From positions 1 to 60,764 of the forward strand of contig JAQGDQ010001126.1 of assembly GCA_030141605.1 (NCBI GenBank): a DNA stretch of 60,764 nt, read 5' to 3'. The translations under genes and the position numbers were made by a program. The notes under the pieces are model-generated. The model was not told where the DNA came from. It was given only the letters and a program-made list of their open reading frames with translations, and did not search any database. Shown one piece after another: positions 60,042-60,764 of this stretch (within the stretch, counting starts at the first letter, position 1; each line of letters opens with the position of its first letter). Origin of the DNA: Tubiluchus corallicola (Eukaryota > Animalia > Priapulida).

Positions 60042-60764
60042 TGTAGAGTTATTCCCATATGTTCTGCATTTTTAGGAAATTGCCGAAATAGTAATTTTCT
60101 GGGGTGATTTCTATGGATAGGAACGTTATTTATTCTAGTATAGTTTAAAATCTGTAAGAAGCTAAAAAAATTGTTTATTTATATTTTTTGGGCGATGTTG
60201 TTTCAAAGTGTTAATATGCGTACTTTTACGTGGTGGAATCATTAGCCTTCTATGTAAATTTAATATTTGCATGTTTTAGTATTATATAAAAATTATATAT
60301 AATATTATCGTATATATTAATTCTACTGGTATATATATATATATATATATTCGAGGCTACAGTTGTCGTGGCACCATTTGCGGCGATCTATATAGCAAAC
60401 GAAAGGTCTCGATCTAGTGATTTGCCATTGCAGTTTTATTTTTCGAATCGGGCCCACCGGGAGGAACGGGGGGCGAAAAACCTCCAAAAATGGCCATTTT
60501 TTGCAAAAGTTATACGTCTGAGATCTGGAGAACGGGAACGGGCTGGGGGTGGTGCTGGCTATGGATAGATAGCCCGTTCAGCGGTGGATGTAGTAGGCGT
60601 ATTTAGAATTCGCGAGAGGGCCACGGCGTCCCGTAATGGGCATTTTCCCGGACCCAACTCCGGATTTTTTCGAAATTTTGGTCAAACAACATGCGGAAAA
60701 ACGTTCTAGCGGCGCCTGGTGGGACTCTCTGAAGGAGATATACAGCTCTTTAGAAAGAGGAAGA
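60042..60764 (+). repeat. diverged direct copy of 53785-54523 (MET-like intron 12, includes Helitron 5' part)
   Basis: Collinear with 53785 onward but with frequent substitutions and small indels; runs off the window end. Confidence 0.9.

Overview
AT-rich, intron-rich eukaryotic DNA that looks like an invertebrate animal genome. It is not prokaryotic, so almost all of the supplied ORFs are spurious, repeat-derived or single exons. Reading splice sites by hand gives two head-to-head genes. (1) A complete 13-coding-exon gene on the minus strand (ATG 26161 to stop 4431, about 522 aa). It encodes a COG2907-like FAD-dependent oxidoreductase with a C-terminal membrane anchor, of a type I associate mainly with fungi, protists and bacteria. 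(2) The first 14 coding exons (35013-57878, 798 codons) of a plus-strand MET/RON-type receptor: signal peptide, Sema, one PSI, then IPT repeats. No transmembrane or kinase exons are in the window. Intron 14 of this gene carries a near-perfect ~2 kb inverted copy of exon 12 and its flanks, followed by a third, more diverged direct copy. Introns and intergenic DNA are packed with hAT, Tc1/pogo and Kolobok-like MITEs, non-autonomous Helitrons, LINE fragments, two 5S-rRNA-headed SINEs and many mini- and microsatellites. One 141-bp array carries a CTCF-like core motif in every unit. All family assignments come from motif recall, not database searches.
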